From Rhodospirillales bacterium (GTDB lineage Bacteria > Pseudomonadota > Alphaproteobacteria > Rhodospirillales > Defluviicoccaceae): 64,000 nucleotides of DNA. The DNA is taken from NCBI GenBank assembly GCA_050329575.1, contig JBHJOP010000039.1, positions 15,812 to 79,811 on the forward strand, written 5' to 3'. The notes beneath the pieces were generated by a model that was not told the origin of the DNA, made no database searches, and was given only the letters and a program-made list of their open reading frames with translations. A program made the translations under genes and the position numbers. This document shows, piece by piece, positions 9,737 to 18,890 of this stretch (its first letter is position 1; each line of letters begins with the position of its first letter).

Positions 9737-10841
9737 CGTCGTCTGCTCGGGAGAGGGCGTGGCGGGCGACCTTCCTCATCACGCTCGGCAGCGCCTGGGC
9801 GTCGAGACGATCGGTCGGCCACCAGACGCCCGCGACGGCGCCGTCGTCGTCGCTGTGCCCCACCCACACGCACAGTTCGAGGTCGAAGTGGGTGAAGGGG
9901 TGGCGCACCGCTTCCGCCAACGGTCGCCAATCCGCCGGCAGCGGTGCCGCCGCCGCCGCCTCGGCCTCCATCCACGGCCGCTCCCGCCATTCCGTCGTCG
10001 GCACCTCCATCAAGCCGCCGAGCAGACCTCGGGCCGGGCGCTGGCGAAGCAGCACGCTGCCGTCTCCCCGTTCGACCCAGAAAGCGACCCCGCGACGGGT
10101 GGGTTTCGGCCGCTTGCGGGCCGCTTTCGGAAAGGCCTCGGGCCGGCCGGCAGCGAGGCCGGCGCACCCGCTCATCCAGGGGCACGCATCGCAGCGGGGG
10201 GTCCGCGGTGTGCAGACGGTGGCGCCGAGATCCATCATCGCCTGCGCGAAGTCGCCCGGACGGTGGTCCGCGACCAGTGCCGCGGCGAGGCTCTCGATCC
10301 GTGGCCGCGCTTGCCGCGGCGGCGCCGCGACGGCATGCAGGCGGCTCAGTACCCGCAGCACGTTGCCGTCCACCGGCACCGCCGGTTGGTCGAAAGCGAT
10401 CGCGGCGATCGCCGCGGCCGTGTAGGCGCCGATCCCCGGCAATCGGCGCAGGTCCTCCACACGCTCGGGGAATCGTCCATGCAGGGTGTCAGCCACCGTT
10501 CGCGCACAGGCGTGCAGGTTGCGGGCCCGTGCGTAGTAGCCGAGCCCCTGCCAAGCGTGCAGCACCTCGTCGAGCTCGGCCGCCGCCAGATCGCCGACGG
10601 TCGGCCAGCGCGCGATGAAGGTCGCGAAATAGGGGATGACGGCGACGACCGTCGTCTGCTGCAGCATGATCTCGCTGACCCACACCCGGTACGGTTCGAC
10701 CGCCACCGTCGGTGGCGCCCGCCACGGCAGCTCCCGCCGATGGCGGTCATACCAGGCGAGCAGGCGGCGGCGGAGTTGGGTCGCGGAAGCGGGCACGGCG
10801 GGCACTCCCCGATTGCCGACGGTGGCGAAGGACCATAGCAT
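9708..10841 (-). CDS. mutY: A/G-specific adenine DNA glycosylase
   Basis: LPWR...[43 protein letters not shown], and the Cys cluster C..C..C. It overlaps the apt 3' end by 29 nt (convergent). Confidence 0.9.
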   Translation of the reverse strand: MLWSFATVGNRGVPAVPASATQLRRRLLAWYDRHRRELPWRAPPTVAVEPYRVWVSEIMLQQTTVVAVIPYFATFIARWPTVGDLAAAELDEVLHAWQGLGYYARARNLHACARTVADTLHGRFPERVEDLRRLPGIGAYTAAAIAAIAFDQPAVPVDGNVLRVLSRLHAVAAPPRQARPRIESLAAALVADHRPGDFAQAMMDLGATVCTPRTPRCDACPWMSGCAGLAAGRPEAFPKAARKRPKPTRRGVAFWVERGDGSVLLRQRPARGLLGGLMEVPTTEWRERPWMEAEAAAAAPLPADWRPLAEAVRHPFTHFDLELCVWVGHSDDDGAVAGVWWPTDRLDAQALPSVMRKVARHALSRADDASARRKPGS

Positions 10842-10876
10842 GGGTCCGACAACGACGGCGACGGGCGGAGCGGCCG

Positions 10877-11356
10877 ATGGTGAAACGACAAGGCATGCGG
10901 GCGCTGGCGGAAACGGTCGCCGCGATCACCGCTCCGGTGTTCCGCAAACGCGGCTTCGCCGACGGGGCGATCGTCGCCGATTGGCCGGCGATCGTCGGCG
11001 AAGCGCTGGCCACCCACAGCGCCCCAGAGAGGGTCAGCTACCCACGCGGCCGCTCCGGCGAGGGCACGTTGCGGCTGCGCATCGCCCGCGGCGGCCTCGC
11101 CACCGAGTTGCAGCATCTGGAACCGGTTCTAGTCGAACGGATCAACGGCTATTTCGGCTATCGGGCGATTGCCCACCTGCAATTCGTTCACGGGCCGCTG
11201 CCACCGCGCCCGCCGGCCCGTCGGATGCCGGAGCGGCGGCTCACTACCGACCAGGAGAGCGAACTCGCCGCCGCGCTCGCCGCCGTCGACGAACCGAAGT
11301 TGCGCGAGGCTCTGGAGCGGCTGGGACGCGTCATCCTCGGCCGCACCGCCGGTTGA
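10877..11356 (+). CDS. DUF721 (DciA-like) protein
   Basis: From ATG 10877: MVKRQGMRALAETVAAITAPVFRKRGFADGAIVADWPAIVG...LRLRIARGGLATELQHLEPVLVERINGYFGY. It is divergent from mutY, as is common in alphaproteobacteria. Confidence 0.7.
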   Translation: MVKRQGMRALAETVAAITAPVFRKRGFADGAIVADWPAIVGEALATHSAPERVSYPRGRSGEGTLRLRIARGGLATELQHLEPVLVERINGYFGYRAIAHLQFVHGPLPPRPPARRMPERRLTTDQESELAAALAAVDEPKLREALERLGRVILGRTAG

Positions 11357-11379
11357 TGGTGCACGACGCCGTCGGCGCC

Positions 11380-12330
11380 TTAGCGGCCGGAGCCAGTCGG
11401 GTTCGACGATCGACCGGCGGTGAGCCGCGGCCACAGGAGTTCACCCAGGACCGAGCTGCAGACGACGATGATCGCGACCACCTGGATCGCGGTGATCGGC
11501 TGGGTCAGGAACATCAAGGCCAGCAACGCCGTGATCACCGGCTTCAGGAAGAACAAGTAGGACCCGCGGGTGATGTCGGGCACCGCCGCCAGCCCGCCCA
11601 GCCACAGGAGCTGGGTGATCGTGGTATTCCAAACCCCGAGGGTCAACAACGACCAGCGCTCGCCCGCCGGCCGGTCGAACAGGGTGAACGGGTCGACCCA
11701 GACGTTCCAGGCGAGACCGACGATGATCCACAACCCTGCTGCGCCGATGGTCATGCTGATGGTGGTGATGCGGATCGCCCCGTACTGGTTGATCAGCGGC
11801 CGCACCATTACCGTATAGACGGCGACCAGGGCGGCGCAGGCAACTGCCAGACCGATGCCGACGAGCGCATCCTCGCGCCCCGCCAACCTGCCGAGATAGC
11901 CGTCTGTCACCAGCAGCGCGATGCCGGCCAGCGCACAGGCGCCGCTGATCAACTTCGGCACCGTGAAGGCGACCCGGTTGATGATCAAATTGGCGAGGCC
12001 GACGAAGATGGGGATCGTGGTGACCAGAGTGCCGACCTGGACGATGGTGGCAAAGTCGAGCGACCAGTGGAACGCGAGATAGGCGAGGCTGACCCCGACC
12101 AGCGACAGCCATACGAGGCGAACGCCGTTCTCCCTCAGCGGCGTGATCAGATCACGGGTGCTCCGCATGGCGAGGGCGGCGATCAGCAGACCGGCACTGC
12201 CGATCAGGTAGCGCCAGACCGATGTCTCGGGCCCGGCGACCCCGGAGAGCACCGCGAAGAACTCGCTCGACGCATGACCGCAGACCCCGGCGAGAACGAC
12301 GACGTAGGCGAGACTGGAGCGACCGGCCAC
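11380..12330 (-). CDS. DMT-superfamily (EamA-like) transporter
   Basis: 316 aa with about 10 predicted TM helices and the two-EamA-repeat architecture. Confidence 0.75.
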   Translation of the reverse strand: MAGRSSLAYVVVLAGVCGHASSEFFAVLSGVAGPETSVWRYLIGSAGLLIAALAMRSTRDLITPLRENGVRLVWLSLVGVSLAYLAFHWSLDFATIVQVGTLVTTIPIFVGLANLIINRVAFTVPKLISGACALAGIALLVTDGYLGRLAGREDALVGIGLAVACAALVAVYTVMVRPLINQYGAIRITTISMTIGAAGLWIIVGLAWNVWVDPFTLFDRPAGERWSLLTLGVWNTTITQLLWLGGLAAVPDITRGSYLFFLKPVITALLALMFLTQPITAIQVVAIIVVCSSVLGELLWPRLTAGRSSNPTGSGR

Positions 12331-12335
12331 CGCCG

Positions 12336-13160
12336 TCAGTCCAGCGCGGCGAACGCGATCAGGCCGGCCGCCAGAGCCGTCGGCCGCTCGGCCGGGATCA
12401 GATGGCCGGCGTCGGCCATCTCCAAGGTCTTCGCCCGCGGCAGCCGGGCGGTCAGCGCCATCACCTCGTCGCGATCGTAGAACAGTCGATCCTGAAGGCC
12501 GGTCACCACCAGCGTCGGCACCGAGATCTGCTCGTACGGCACCTCCCAGTCGGTGCTGCGGGCGTGTGCGAGCAGGGAGAAATGGCCGTCCGCGGGATCG
12601 ATTGGCACGTAGGGCTCATCGCCGAGGAAATCACCGCGGATCTTGGCCAGCCGTTCGGGGCCGACCAGCAGCGGCATGTACAGGTCGAGGACGAGGCGCA
12701 GCCCACCGACCCGCGCCGCCCGGGCCATCGCCGTGTTGATCCAATCGAGCCGCGGACCGGAACGGCGCAGGGTGTTGATCAGGACCAGCGCTTCCGCCGG
12801 CGCACCGGCGAGCAAGGCCCGCATCGCGAACAGCCCGCCGATCGACAGCCCGACCAGAACGGGGCGGGGCGGCGCGACGGCGGCGATCAGGCGGCCGAGG
12901 TCGGCGACGATAAGCGCCTCGTCGAGAGGGGTGCCGGGGGTGAACGGGCTTCCCGCCTGGCCGCGAAAATTCCAGGCGAGCGTGCCGTAGCCGGCGGTGC
13001 GCAACGTCGGACCGATGTCGGTCTGCCAAGTCGCGGTGCTGCCGGTCAGGGCGTTGACGAACACGAAGGTTTGCTGCCGCACGCTCGGCGGGTCGTATTC
13101 ATAGTAGAGGCCGTCCACATCTCCGAGGGCGAGCACTCTGCCATCACCGATCCCCGCCAC
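12336..13160 (-). CDS. Alpha/beta-fold hydrolase
   Basis: 274 aa. Nucleophile elbow GLSIGG, C-terminal ADAGHLIPAERP (His of the triad). Confidence 0.8.
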   Translation of the reverse strand: MAGIGDGRVLALGDVDGLYYEYDPPSVRQQTFVFVNALTGSTATWQTDIGPTLRTAGYGTLAWNFRGQAGSPFTPGTPLDEALIVADLGRLIAAVAPPRPVLVGLSIGGLFAMRALLAGAPAEALVLINTLRRSGPRLDWINTAMARAARVGGLRLVLDLYMPLLVGPERLAKIRGDFLGDEPYVPIDPADGHFSLLAHARSTDWEVPYEQISVPTLVVTGLQDRLFYDRDEVMALTARLPRAKTLEMADAGHLIPAERPTALAAGLIAFAALD

Positions 13161-13390
13161 AGCCCCCTCCCCTTGCCGTCGATCCGTGCCGAACCTTGCC
13201 GTTCCCGCGCGTGCCCGTCAACGTTCGCGCGTTCGCCTCGCCCGCGACCCGCTGGTCGCACAACCGCCGCCATCGGACGGCGGCGACCGAGGCCGTTGCG
13301 GCGTCGCGACCGGCGTTTGCCGCATTTCCCGAGGCGCGCACAGGGGTGCGCGGCGCCGCCTCGCGGGGAGGCGGGCAGCGGCACCCGCTT

Positions 13391-13702
13391 TTACCGGACC
13401 TGGCGGCGGCGTTCGGCGCCCAGCGCCTCGAGCAGGTGATTGATCGCGAGCGTCGCCTGCTGTTCGCTCGTCGCATCTTTGCGGTCGCGCTCGCGCATGA
13501 TCCATGCGGAGAGGATTGAGCGCAATCTGGCCTTGCCGTCGCTGCTGCGGGCGAGCGTGTTGAGCTCCGCGAGTGCCGGGGTGGCGGTGGTGCGATCCTT
13601 GTTGATGATGGCATCGACAGCGGCGTCGATGTCCTGTTCGCCGACCTTGCCCCCCAGAATCTCGCACAGCTCGTTGCGCAGGTCTTCGTAGCCTTCGATC
13701 AT
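13391..13702 (-). CDS. Hypothetical small protein
   Basis: ATG 13702 is preceded by GGGAGAGGGAC. The 103-aa charged, helical-looking product is not one I recognise. Confidence 0.4.
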   Translation of the reverse strand: MIEGYEDLRNELCEILGGKVGEQDIDAAVDAIINKDRTTATPALAELNTLARSSDGKARLRSILSAWIMRERDRKDATSEQQATLAINHLLEALGAERRRQVR

Positions 13703-14014
13703 GTCCCTCTCCCTACCCCGCAATAAAGGAAAGCCATCCTAAAGAAGCCACAACGGCTCTGGGGGCGATCTTAGCGGACCAGGTGAATGCGGTGCAACAG
13801 AAACCGCGGATGCGAGAGCACCTCGGGGGCCGACCGCTGCCACCACCGCCGCCAGCTGCAAATCAGGACGGTCCAGGAAAAAAGCCGGGCTGGCATGCAC
13901 GGTCTATGTTCCCAGTGACAATTTGGTGACGGCCGGCCATAATGTTGCGTTGCAGCATTTTCGCATGCGAGCGCGAAACTCGGCTGCGGCAACGGGTTGG
14001 CGAAGGCCGGGACG

Positions 14015-14554
14015 ATGGCGAAACTTTCGGAATTGGGCAAGGTGATGCACGAGGAGCACTTCCGCACCCTGGTTCTGATTTGCGGCATCGAGAACCGCAT
14101 CGGCGGGGATGCTGCGAACCGCCCGATCGATCCCACCGACTCGGAGGACCGGGTGCTGCTGGAGGACCTGGTGGAGGGGCTTCAGGAGATCATCGGCCAC
14201 AACGCTTTCGAGGAGTCCGTTCTGTTTCCCTTGCTCGACAGCGATGGTGCCGGGGACTTGGCGCTGTTGCTCACCCAGGAGCATTTCGTGATGGGGCCGC
14301 AGGCCAAGCGGTTGCGCGCGCTCGCCTCCGAGATCCTCGCCTGCGGAGCTTCCGAGGAGCGCTGGGCGACCTTCCGCGCCGTGGCGGCGGAGTTTGCCAG
14401 TCAGTTGATGGGGCACCTGCAGAAGGAGGAGATGACGATCGTCCAGCGGCTTTCGACCCTCCTCGACCGCGAGGTCGATCACGCCCTGGCGCTCCGCCGG
14501 ACCGCGGAACGTGACCGCAGCAAACCCGCCAAGAGAGCCGGCGAGGCCGCGTAG
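14015..14554 (+). CDS. Hemerythrin (HHE cation-binding) domain protein
   Basis: MHEEHF, GHNAFEE, TQEHF and GHLQKEE, spaced like the His/Glu ligands of hemerythrin-like four-helix bundles. TTG 13997 is an alternative start. Confidence 0.65.
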   Translation: MAKLSELGKVMHEEHFRTLVLICGIENRIGGDAANRPIDPTDSEDRVLLEDLVEGLQEIIGHNAFEESVLFPLLDSDGAGDLALLLTQEHFVMGPQAKRLRALASEILACGASEERWATFRAVAAEFASQLMGHLQKEEMTIVQRLSTLLDREVDHALALRRTAERDRSKPAKRAGEAA

Positions 14555-14974
14555 CACCGCCCGCCGCGAACAGCCGGCGAAATCCCAGTCGTCACCCTCC
14601 TCTGGAGATACGGACCTGCATCGTCGTCGAATGGTATGGTCACCGCCGACGGGTTCGGCTACCAAACCTCCTGTCTGATGGAGCGCGACTCCACCGACTT
14701 CTGGAGGATCGACGCCTGCCTCCTGATCCCGGACAAGGCTCGAACCGCCTGACGTCCGGTCCCGGCGGCCTCCCGCCACCGCGGCGGCGCGCCGGCGGGT
14801 GCGCCGAACTGAGATCCACGGCCACACGATCAGACGCAGCACGTCTTGAACGGAACGGCGCCCGCTGCTATCAAACCAGGACAGGCACGGCCGCTCTCGG
14901 TGCGGTGGGGCCATCCTTTCGGCACGGGGACGCCTTTGACCGGTCTCGGAACCGCCTCCTTGCGAACGGCAGAC

Positions 14975-16297
14975 ATGCTTCGCCTCGCGGTTGCCGTTCT
15001 CGCTCTGATCGGCCTCGCGATCGCCCCACGACCGGCCGGCGCCGAACCGGTGCAGGCGCGCAAGGCCTACGATTTCGTCGACTCCCTCGGCGTGGTCGCC
15101 CATGTCAGCCGGCGCCAGGGTGTGCTCGACGACGCCGGCTGGGCGAAGATCAGCGACGCCATCGCCGAGATCGGCCTCCGCTACGTCCGCACCACCGTCA
15201 CCAACGCGGTCGGAATCGCCAGGGTCCGAGCCATGCACGCCAAGCACGGCACCCGGTTCAACCTCAGGATCGACAGCCGCGCGCTCGACGCCGGCTCCGA
15301 CCAACCGTTGAGGCCGGCCGCCATCGACACGCTGGTCGCCCTGGCCAAGGAGGTCGGCCCGGAAGCGATCCTCTCCTTCGAGGGCCCTAACGAGTACAAC
15401 GCGCAGGGTCAGAAGCACGGCAACAACGCCTGGCCCGACGAATTGCGGACGTTCGCCCGGCTGATGTTCGAACGGATCAAGGCCGACCCCGAGATCGCCG
15501 ACAAGCCGGTGATCGCGCCGTCGATCTGGCGTCGCCGGGTGCAGGATTTCCAGGCGGTCGGCGACATCGGCGCGTTCGTCGACCGCGCCTGCCTCCACAA
15601 CTACAACGCCAGCCGGCCGCCCAGCCACGAACTTGACGAGCGGATCGCCAACGCCAGGATTCTCGCCCCCGGCGCCCCGGTGTGGGTGACCGAATACGGC
15701 TACAACAGCGCCGTCGGTCGCCGCGGCGTTCACTTTCCGATCACCGAGTACTCCCAGGCCAAGTATCTGCCGCGTTACGCCGCCGAGTTCTTCCTCCGCC
15801 CCGAGGTCGAGCGGGTGTTCAACTTCCAGATCATCGACGAATGGCCGAGCGCCGAGATGCCGGACAAGGCGTGGGGGCTGCTGCGCAACGACTTCTCCCG
15901 GCGGCCGTCCTTCCACGCGATGAAGAACGCCATTGCCCTGCTCGACGACGGGGACGGCGACTTTACGCCTGGACGCCTCGACTACCGCCTCTCGGGCGAC
16001 ATGCGCGACGTCCGGAGTTTTCTCGTCCAGAAGAAGAACGGGGTCTTCTACCTCGTCCTCTGGCAGGAGGTTGAAAGCTACGATCGTTTCGCTCAGAAGG
16101 ACCTGCATCCCTCCCCACGACCCGTGACAGTGACGTTCGCGGCGCCGCCGGCGGGCGTCCGCACCTACCTGCCGACCGGGCTCGATCGCAGCGATCCGGA
16201 GACTGCGCGCAGCCCGGTCGCCTCATTCGCGGCGCCGACTTCGATCGAACTGCTCGTCCCCGACCACTTGCTGATCGTTGAGATCACCCCCCCGTAG
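14975..16297 (+). CDS. Secreted clan GH-A (TIM-barrel) glycoside hydrolase, family not assigned
   Basis: From ATG 14975 there is a signal peptide, MLRLAVAVLALIGLAIAPRPAGA. FEGPNEYN is the candidate acid/base Asn-Glu and WVTEYGY the candidate nucleophile Glu, followed by a C-terminal beta-rich tail. Confidence 0.6.
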   Translation: MLRLAVAVLALIGLAIAPRPAGAEPVQARKAYDFVDSLGVVAHVSRRQGVLDDAGWAKISDAIAEIGLRYVRTTVTNAVGIARVRAMHAKHGTRFNLRIDSRALDAGSDQPLRPAAIDTLVALAKEVGPEAILSFEGPNEYNAQGQKHGNNAWPDELRTFARLMFERIKADPEIADKPVIAPSIWRRRVQDFQAVGDIGAFVDRACLHNYNASRPPSHELDERIANARILAPGAPVWVTEYGYNSAVGRRGVHFPITEYSQAKYLPRYAAEFFLRPEVERVFNFQIIDEWPSAEMPDKAWGLLRNDFSRRPSFHAMKNAIALLDDGDGDFTPGRLDYRLSGDMRDVRSFLVQKKNGVFYLVLWQEVESYDRFAQKDLHPSPRPVTVTFAAPPAGVRTYLPTGLDRSDPETARSPVASFAAPTSIELLVPDHLLIVEITPP

Positions 16298-16440
16298 GCG
16301 GTAGCCACGGCGCGCAGCGCGGCCGTCGTCACATTTCTCTGGCGTGGCGACGATCGGAAAATTATGGTCTTGCACCCACGAGTGCTGCGCGCCGCCCTGA
16401 GCGCCGCGCCGACAGAATAACGGGGCTGGGAGAGGGCTCC

Positions 16441-16956
16441 TTGATCCGCGCGATCAGCCTTGCCGGGGTGCTTGCCGTCCTCTGGCTCCTGCTTTCCGGT
16501 TACGTCCACGAGCCGCTCCTGCTGGGTTTGGGAGCTGTGTCGGTGGCGGGCGTCGCGTTTATCGCCCGCCGCATGGACGTCATCGACCACGAGGGTCATC
16601 CGATCCAGCTTAGCTCGCGGGCCTTGCTCTACTGGCCGTGGCTGCTCAAGGAAATCGTGCTCGCCAACATCGACGTCGCGAAGGTGCTGATCCGGTGGCG
16701 CATGCCGCTCGACATCGCGGTGTTCAACGTTAAGGCTTCGCAGCGGAGCGAGCTCGGGCGGGTCGTCTACGCCAATTCGATCACTCTGACCCCGGGAACG
16801 GTGACCCTCGCCCTCGATGACGACATTCTGACCGTCTATGCGCTGACCACCGGCGCTGCCGAAGGGGTCAATTCGGGCGAGATGGACCGGCGGGTCAGTG
16901 CGCTCGAGGGCAATTCGAGATGTTCGCCGCCGCAGCCCTCGCCGTCCTGTTGGTGA
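16441..16956 (+). CDS. mrpE: Mrp/Mnh antiporter subunit E
   Basis: TTG start after GGGAGAGGG. LWLLLSG...YWPWLLKEIVLANIDVAKVL...ANSITLTPGTV. Confidence 0.8.
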   Translation: MIRAISLAGVLAVLWLLLSGYVHEPLLLGLGAVSVAGVAFIARRMDVIDHEGHPIQLSSRALLYWPWLLKEIVLANIDVAKVLIRWRMPLDIAVFNVKASQRSELGRVVYANSITLTPGTVTLALDDDILTVYALTTGAAEGVNSGEMDRRVSALEGNSRCSPPQPSPSCW

Positions 16957-17207
16957 TGGCCCTGGTTCTGGCGCGCGCGATCATGGGACCGACGGTCTAT
17001 GATCGGATCCTGGCGGTCAACGCCTTCGGCACCATGACCGTGGTGCTGATCGCGGTGTTCGGATTTCTGGTCGGCCGTCCGGAGTTCCTCGACATCGCCC
17101 TCGTCTATGCGCTGATCAACTTCATCGGCACCATCGCGGTGACGAAGTACGTCAAGTTCGCCCATCTCGGCGCCCCGGTCGACGAGGGTGACTGGGAAGA
17201 AGTGTAG
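16920..17207 (+). CDS. mrpF: Mrp/Mnh antiporter subunit F
   Basis: 95 aa. RAIMGPTVYDRILAVNAFGT...LDIALVYALINFIGTIA. Confidence 0.85.
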   Translation: MFAAAALAVLLVMALVLARAIMGPTVYDRILAVNAFGTMTVVLIAVFGFLVGRPEFLDIALVYALINFIGTIAVTKYVKFAHLGAPVDEGDWEEV

Positions 17208-17545
17208 TGGCGTTGCTGCTCGACGTTCTGAGCTGGGCCTGCATCGCCGGAGGTGCGGCGTTCGCCATCATCGGCGCGGTCGGCATCCTGCGGCTACCGG
17301 ACGTGTTCGCCCGAATGCACGGTGCCGGCGTCGTCGAGACCCTGGGTGCCGGGTTGATCCTCGTCGGCCTGATGCTGCAGGCCGGCCTGTCGCTGATCAC
17401 CATCAAGCTGGTGCTGATCGTCGCGTTTTTGCTGTTTACCAACCCGACCACGACCCACGCGCTGGCACGGGCGGCGCTGAACGGCGGCGTCAACCCGCTG
17501 ATCGAACCCAAGGAGAAGAGCGGAGGCGGACGATCGGAAGTCTGA
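17207..17545 (+). CDS. mrpG: Mrp/Mnh antiporter subunit G
   Basis: The GTG start shares 1 nt with the mrpF TAG stop. GAVGILRLPDVFARMHGAG...NPTTTHALARAA. Confidence 0.85.
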   Translation: MALLLDVLSWACIAGGAAFAIIGAVGILRLPDVFARMHGAGVVETLGAGLILVGLMLQAGLSLITIKLVLIVAFLLFTNPTTTHALARAALNGGVNPLIEPKEKSGGGRSEV

Positions 17546-17664
17546 TCGATATCGCGCTGCTGCTGTTCATGGCAGTCACCGGCCTGGCGATGGTGTGGCT
17601 GCGCAACCTGTTCGCCGTGGTCATGATGTCGGGGATCTTCAGCCTGTCGGCGGCGACGCTGTAA
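17542..17664 (+). CDS. N-terminal half of a DUF4040 (MbhD / MrpA-C-terminal-like) domain, ended by TAA
   Basis: (L)IDIALLLFMAVTGLAMVWLRNLFAVVMMSGIFSLSAATL, then TAA at 17662-17664. A possible CTG start at 17542 overlaps the mrpG stop (CTGA); the first ATG is at 17569. Confidence 0.45.
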   Translation: MIDIALLLFMAVTGLAMVWLRNLFAVVMMSGIFSLSAATL

Positions 17665-18096
17665 GTGGTTCTCGACGCCGTCGACGTCGCCTTCACCGAG
17701 GCGGCGGTCGGCGCCGGCATCCCCACCGTGCTCGGGCTGGCCACTCTCGCGGTGGTCGGGACCGAGCTGGAGAAGCGGCAGACGCGCAGCTTCGTCGGAC
17801 CGGTGCTGATCGTGTTGATCACCGGCGCGGCGTTGATCTACGGCACCCTCGACATGCCCCACTACGGCGATCCGTCCGCCCCCATCCATCACCACGTCGC
17901 CCCCCGCTACATCCAGGACTCGGGTCGGGAGGTGGGCGTTCCCGACATCGTGACATCCGTGCTCGCCAGCTATCGCGGCTACGACACTCTCGGCGAGGCG
18001 TTCGTCATCTTCACGGCCGCCGCCGGCGTGCTGGTGCTGCTCGGTCGAGGCCGCCGGCGCGGCCGCCAGGGTCCCGACCAGGAAGGTCTCGAATGA
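17665..18096 (+). CDS. C-terminal half of DUF4040 fused to an MnhB-N-terminal-like segment (MbhE-like)
   Basis: It is in the same frame as 17542-17664 and begins with the GTG immediately after the TAA. VLDAVDVAFTEAAVGAGIPTVL continues the DUF4040 consensus, and SYRGYDTLGEAFVIFTAA is the MnhB-type motif. Confidence 0.7.
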   Translation: MVLDAVDVAFTEAAVGAGIPTVLGLATLAVVGTELEKRQTRSFVGPVLIVLITGAALIYGTLDMPHYGDPSAPIHHHVAPRYIQDSGREVGVPDIVTSVLASYRGYDTLGEAFVIFTAAAGVLVLLGRGRRRGRQGPDQEGLE

Positions 18097-18530
18097 AACG
18101 CAAGGCAGCGCTGCGCGTCACTGCCAAGGTGCTGATCCCGCCGATCTTGCTGTTCGCCCTCTATGTCCAGTTCCACGGCGACTTCGGACCCGGCGGCGGC
18201 TTCCAGGCCGGCGTGATTTTCGCTTCGGCGTTCATCCTGTATGCACTGCTGTTCGGCGTCGCCAATGCCCGTCGGGTCGCACCGGCCGGGGTGGTGCGGG
18301 CGACCCTCGCCCTCGGCGTCCTGCTTTACGCTGGCGTCGGATTCGCCAGTCTCGTGTTAGGCGGGCCCTACCTCGACTATTCGATCCTCGCCCACGATCC
18401 CGTCCACGGCCAGCATCTCGGCATCATGCTGATCGAATTCGGGGTCGGCACGACGGTTGCTTCGGCGATGATTACCATCTTCTTCATCTTCGCGGGCCAA
18501 GACCCGCGGATCGGACGCGAAGAGCGCTGA
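18093..18530 (+). CDS. mrpB: Mrp/Mnh antiporter subunit B
   Basis: The ATG overlaps the upstream stop (ATGA). LYVQFHGDFGPGGGFQAGVIFASAFILY. Confidence 0.85.
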   Translation: MKRKAALRVTAKVLIPPILLFALYVQFHGDFGPGGGFQAGVIFASAFILYALLFGVANARRVAPAGVVRATLALGVLLYAGVGFASLVLGGPYLDYSILAHDPVHGQHLGIMLIEFGVGTTVASAMITIFFIFAGQDPRIGREER

Positions 18531-18533
18531 GCG

Positions 18534-18890
18534 ATGGGCGGGCCCGGGCTCTACAACTATTGGATCGTCGTCGTTTTGATGATGATCGGCTTTTTCGTCG
18601 TCATCGCCCAGGGCAATCTTGTCAAGAAGATCTTCGGTCTCAACGTCTTCCAGGTCGCGGTCTTCGTCTTCTACATTTCGATGGCGAAGGTGGAGGGTGG
18701 CACCGCACCGATCCTGGACGACCGAATCGAGATCTATTCCAACCCCCTGCCCCACGTGCTCATCCTCACCGCCATCGTCGTCGGCGTCGCCACCATGGCG
18801 CTCGGGCTGGCATTGGTGGTGCGCATCCGCGACGCCTACGGCACCATCGAGGAGGACGAGATCGAGCAGCTAGAGGGCGATACCCCTTGA
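18534..18890 (+). CDS. mrpC: Mrp/Mnh antiporter subunit C (NuoK-like)
   Basis: 118 aa. NLVKKIFGLNVFQVAVFVFYI...PLPHVLILTAIVVGVA. Confidence 0.9.
   Translation: MGGPGLYNYWIVVVLMMIGFFVVIAQGNLVKKIFGLNVFQVAVFVFYISMAKVEGGTAPILDDRIEIYSNPLPHVLILTAIVVGVATMALGLALVVRIRDAYGTIEEDEIEQLEGDTP

Noticed and set aside
14729-14759. tRNA-like mini-helix: CCGGAC-AAGGC-TCGAACC-GCCTG-AC-GTCCGG (on the minus strand, a GGTTCGA T-loop stacked on a 6-bp stem)
   Set aside because: There is no D-arm, anticodon arm or CCA context, and the inner stem has a mismatch. It is most simply a chance hairpin or a very old tRNA/integration-site fragment, and cannot be supported as a feature.
13904-16108. 734-aa minus-strand ORF covering the hemerythrin and glycoside-hydrolase genes
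   Set aside because: Its composition is Arg/Gly/Pro/Ala-rich with no recognisable motifs. It lies antisense to two plus-strand genes that do have clear motifs. This is a typical stop-codon-poor antisense frame in high-GC DNA.
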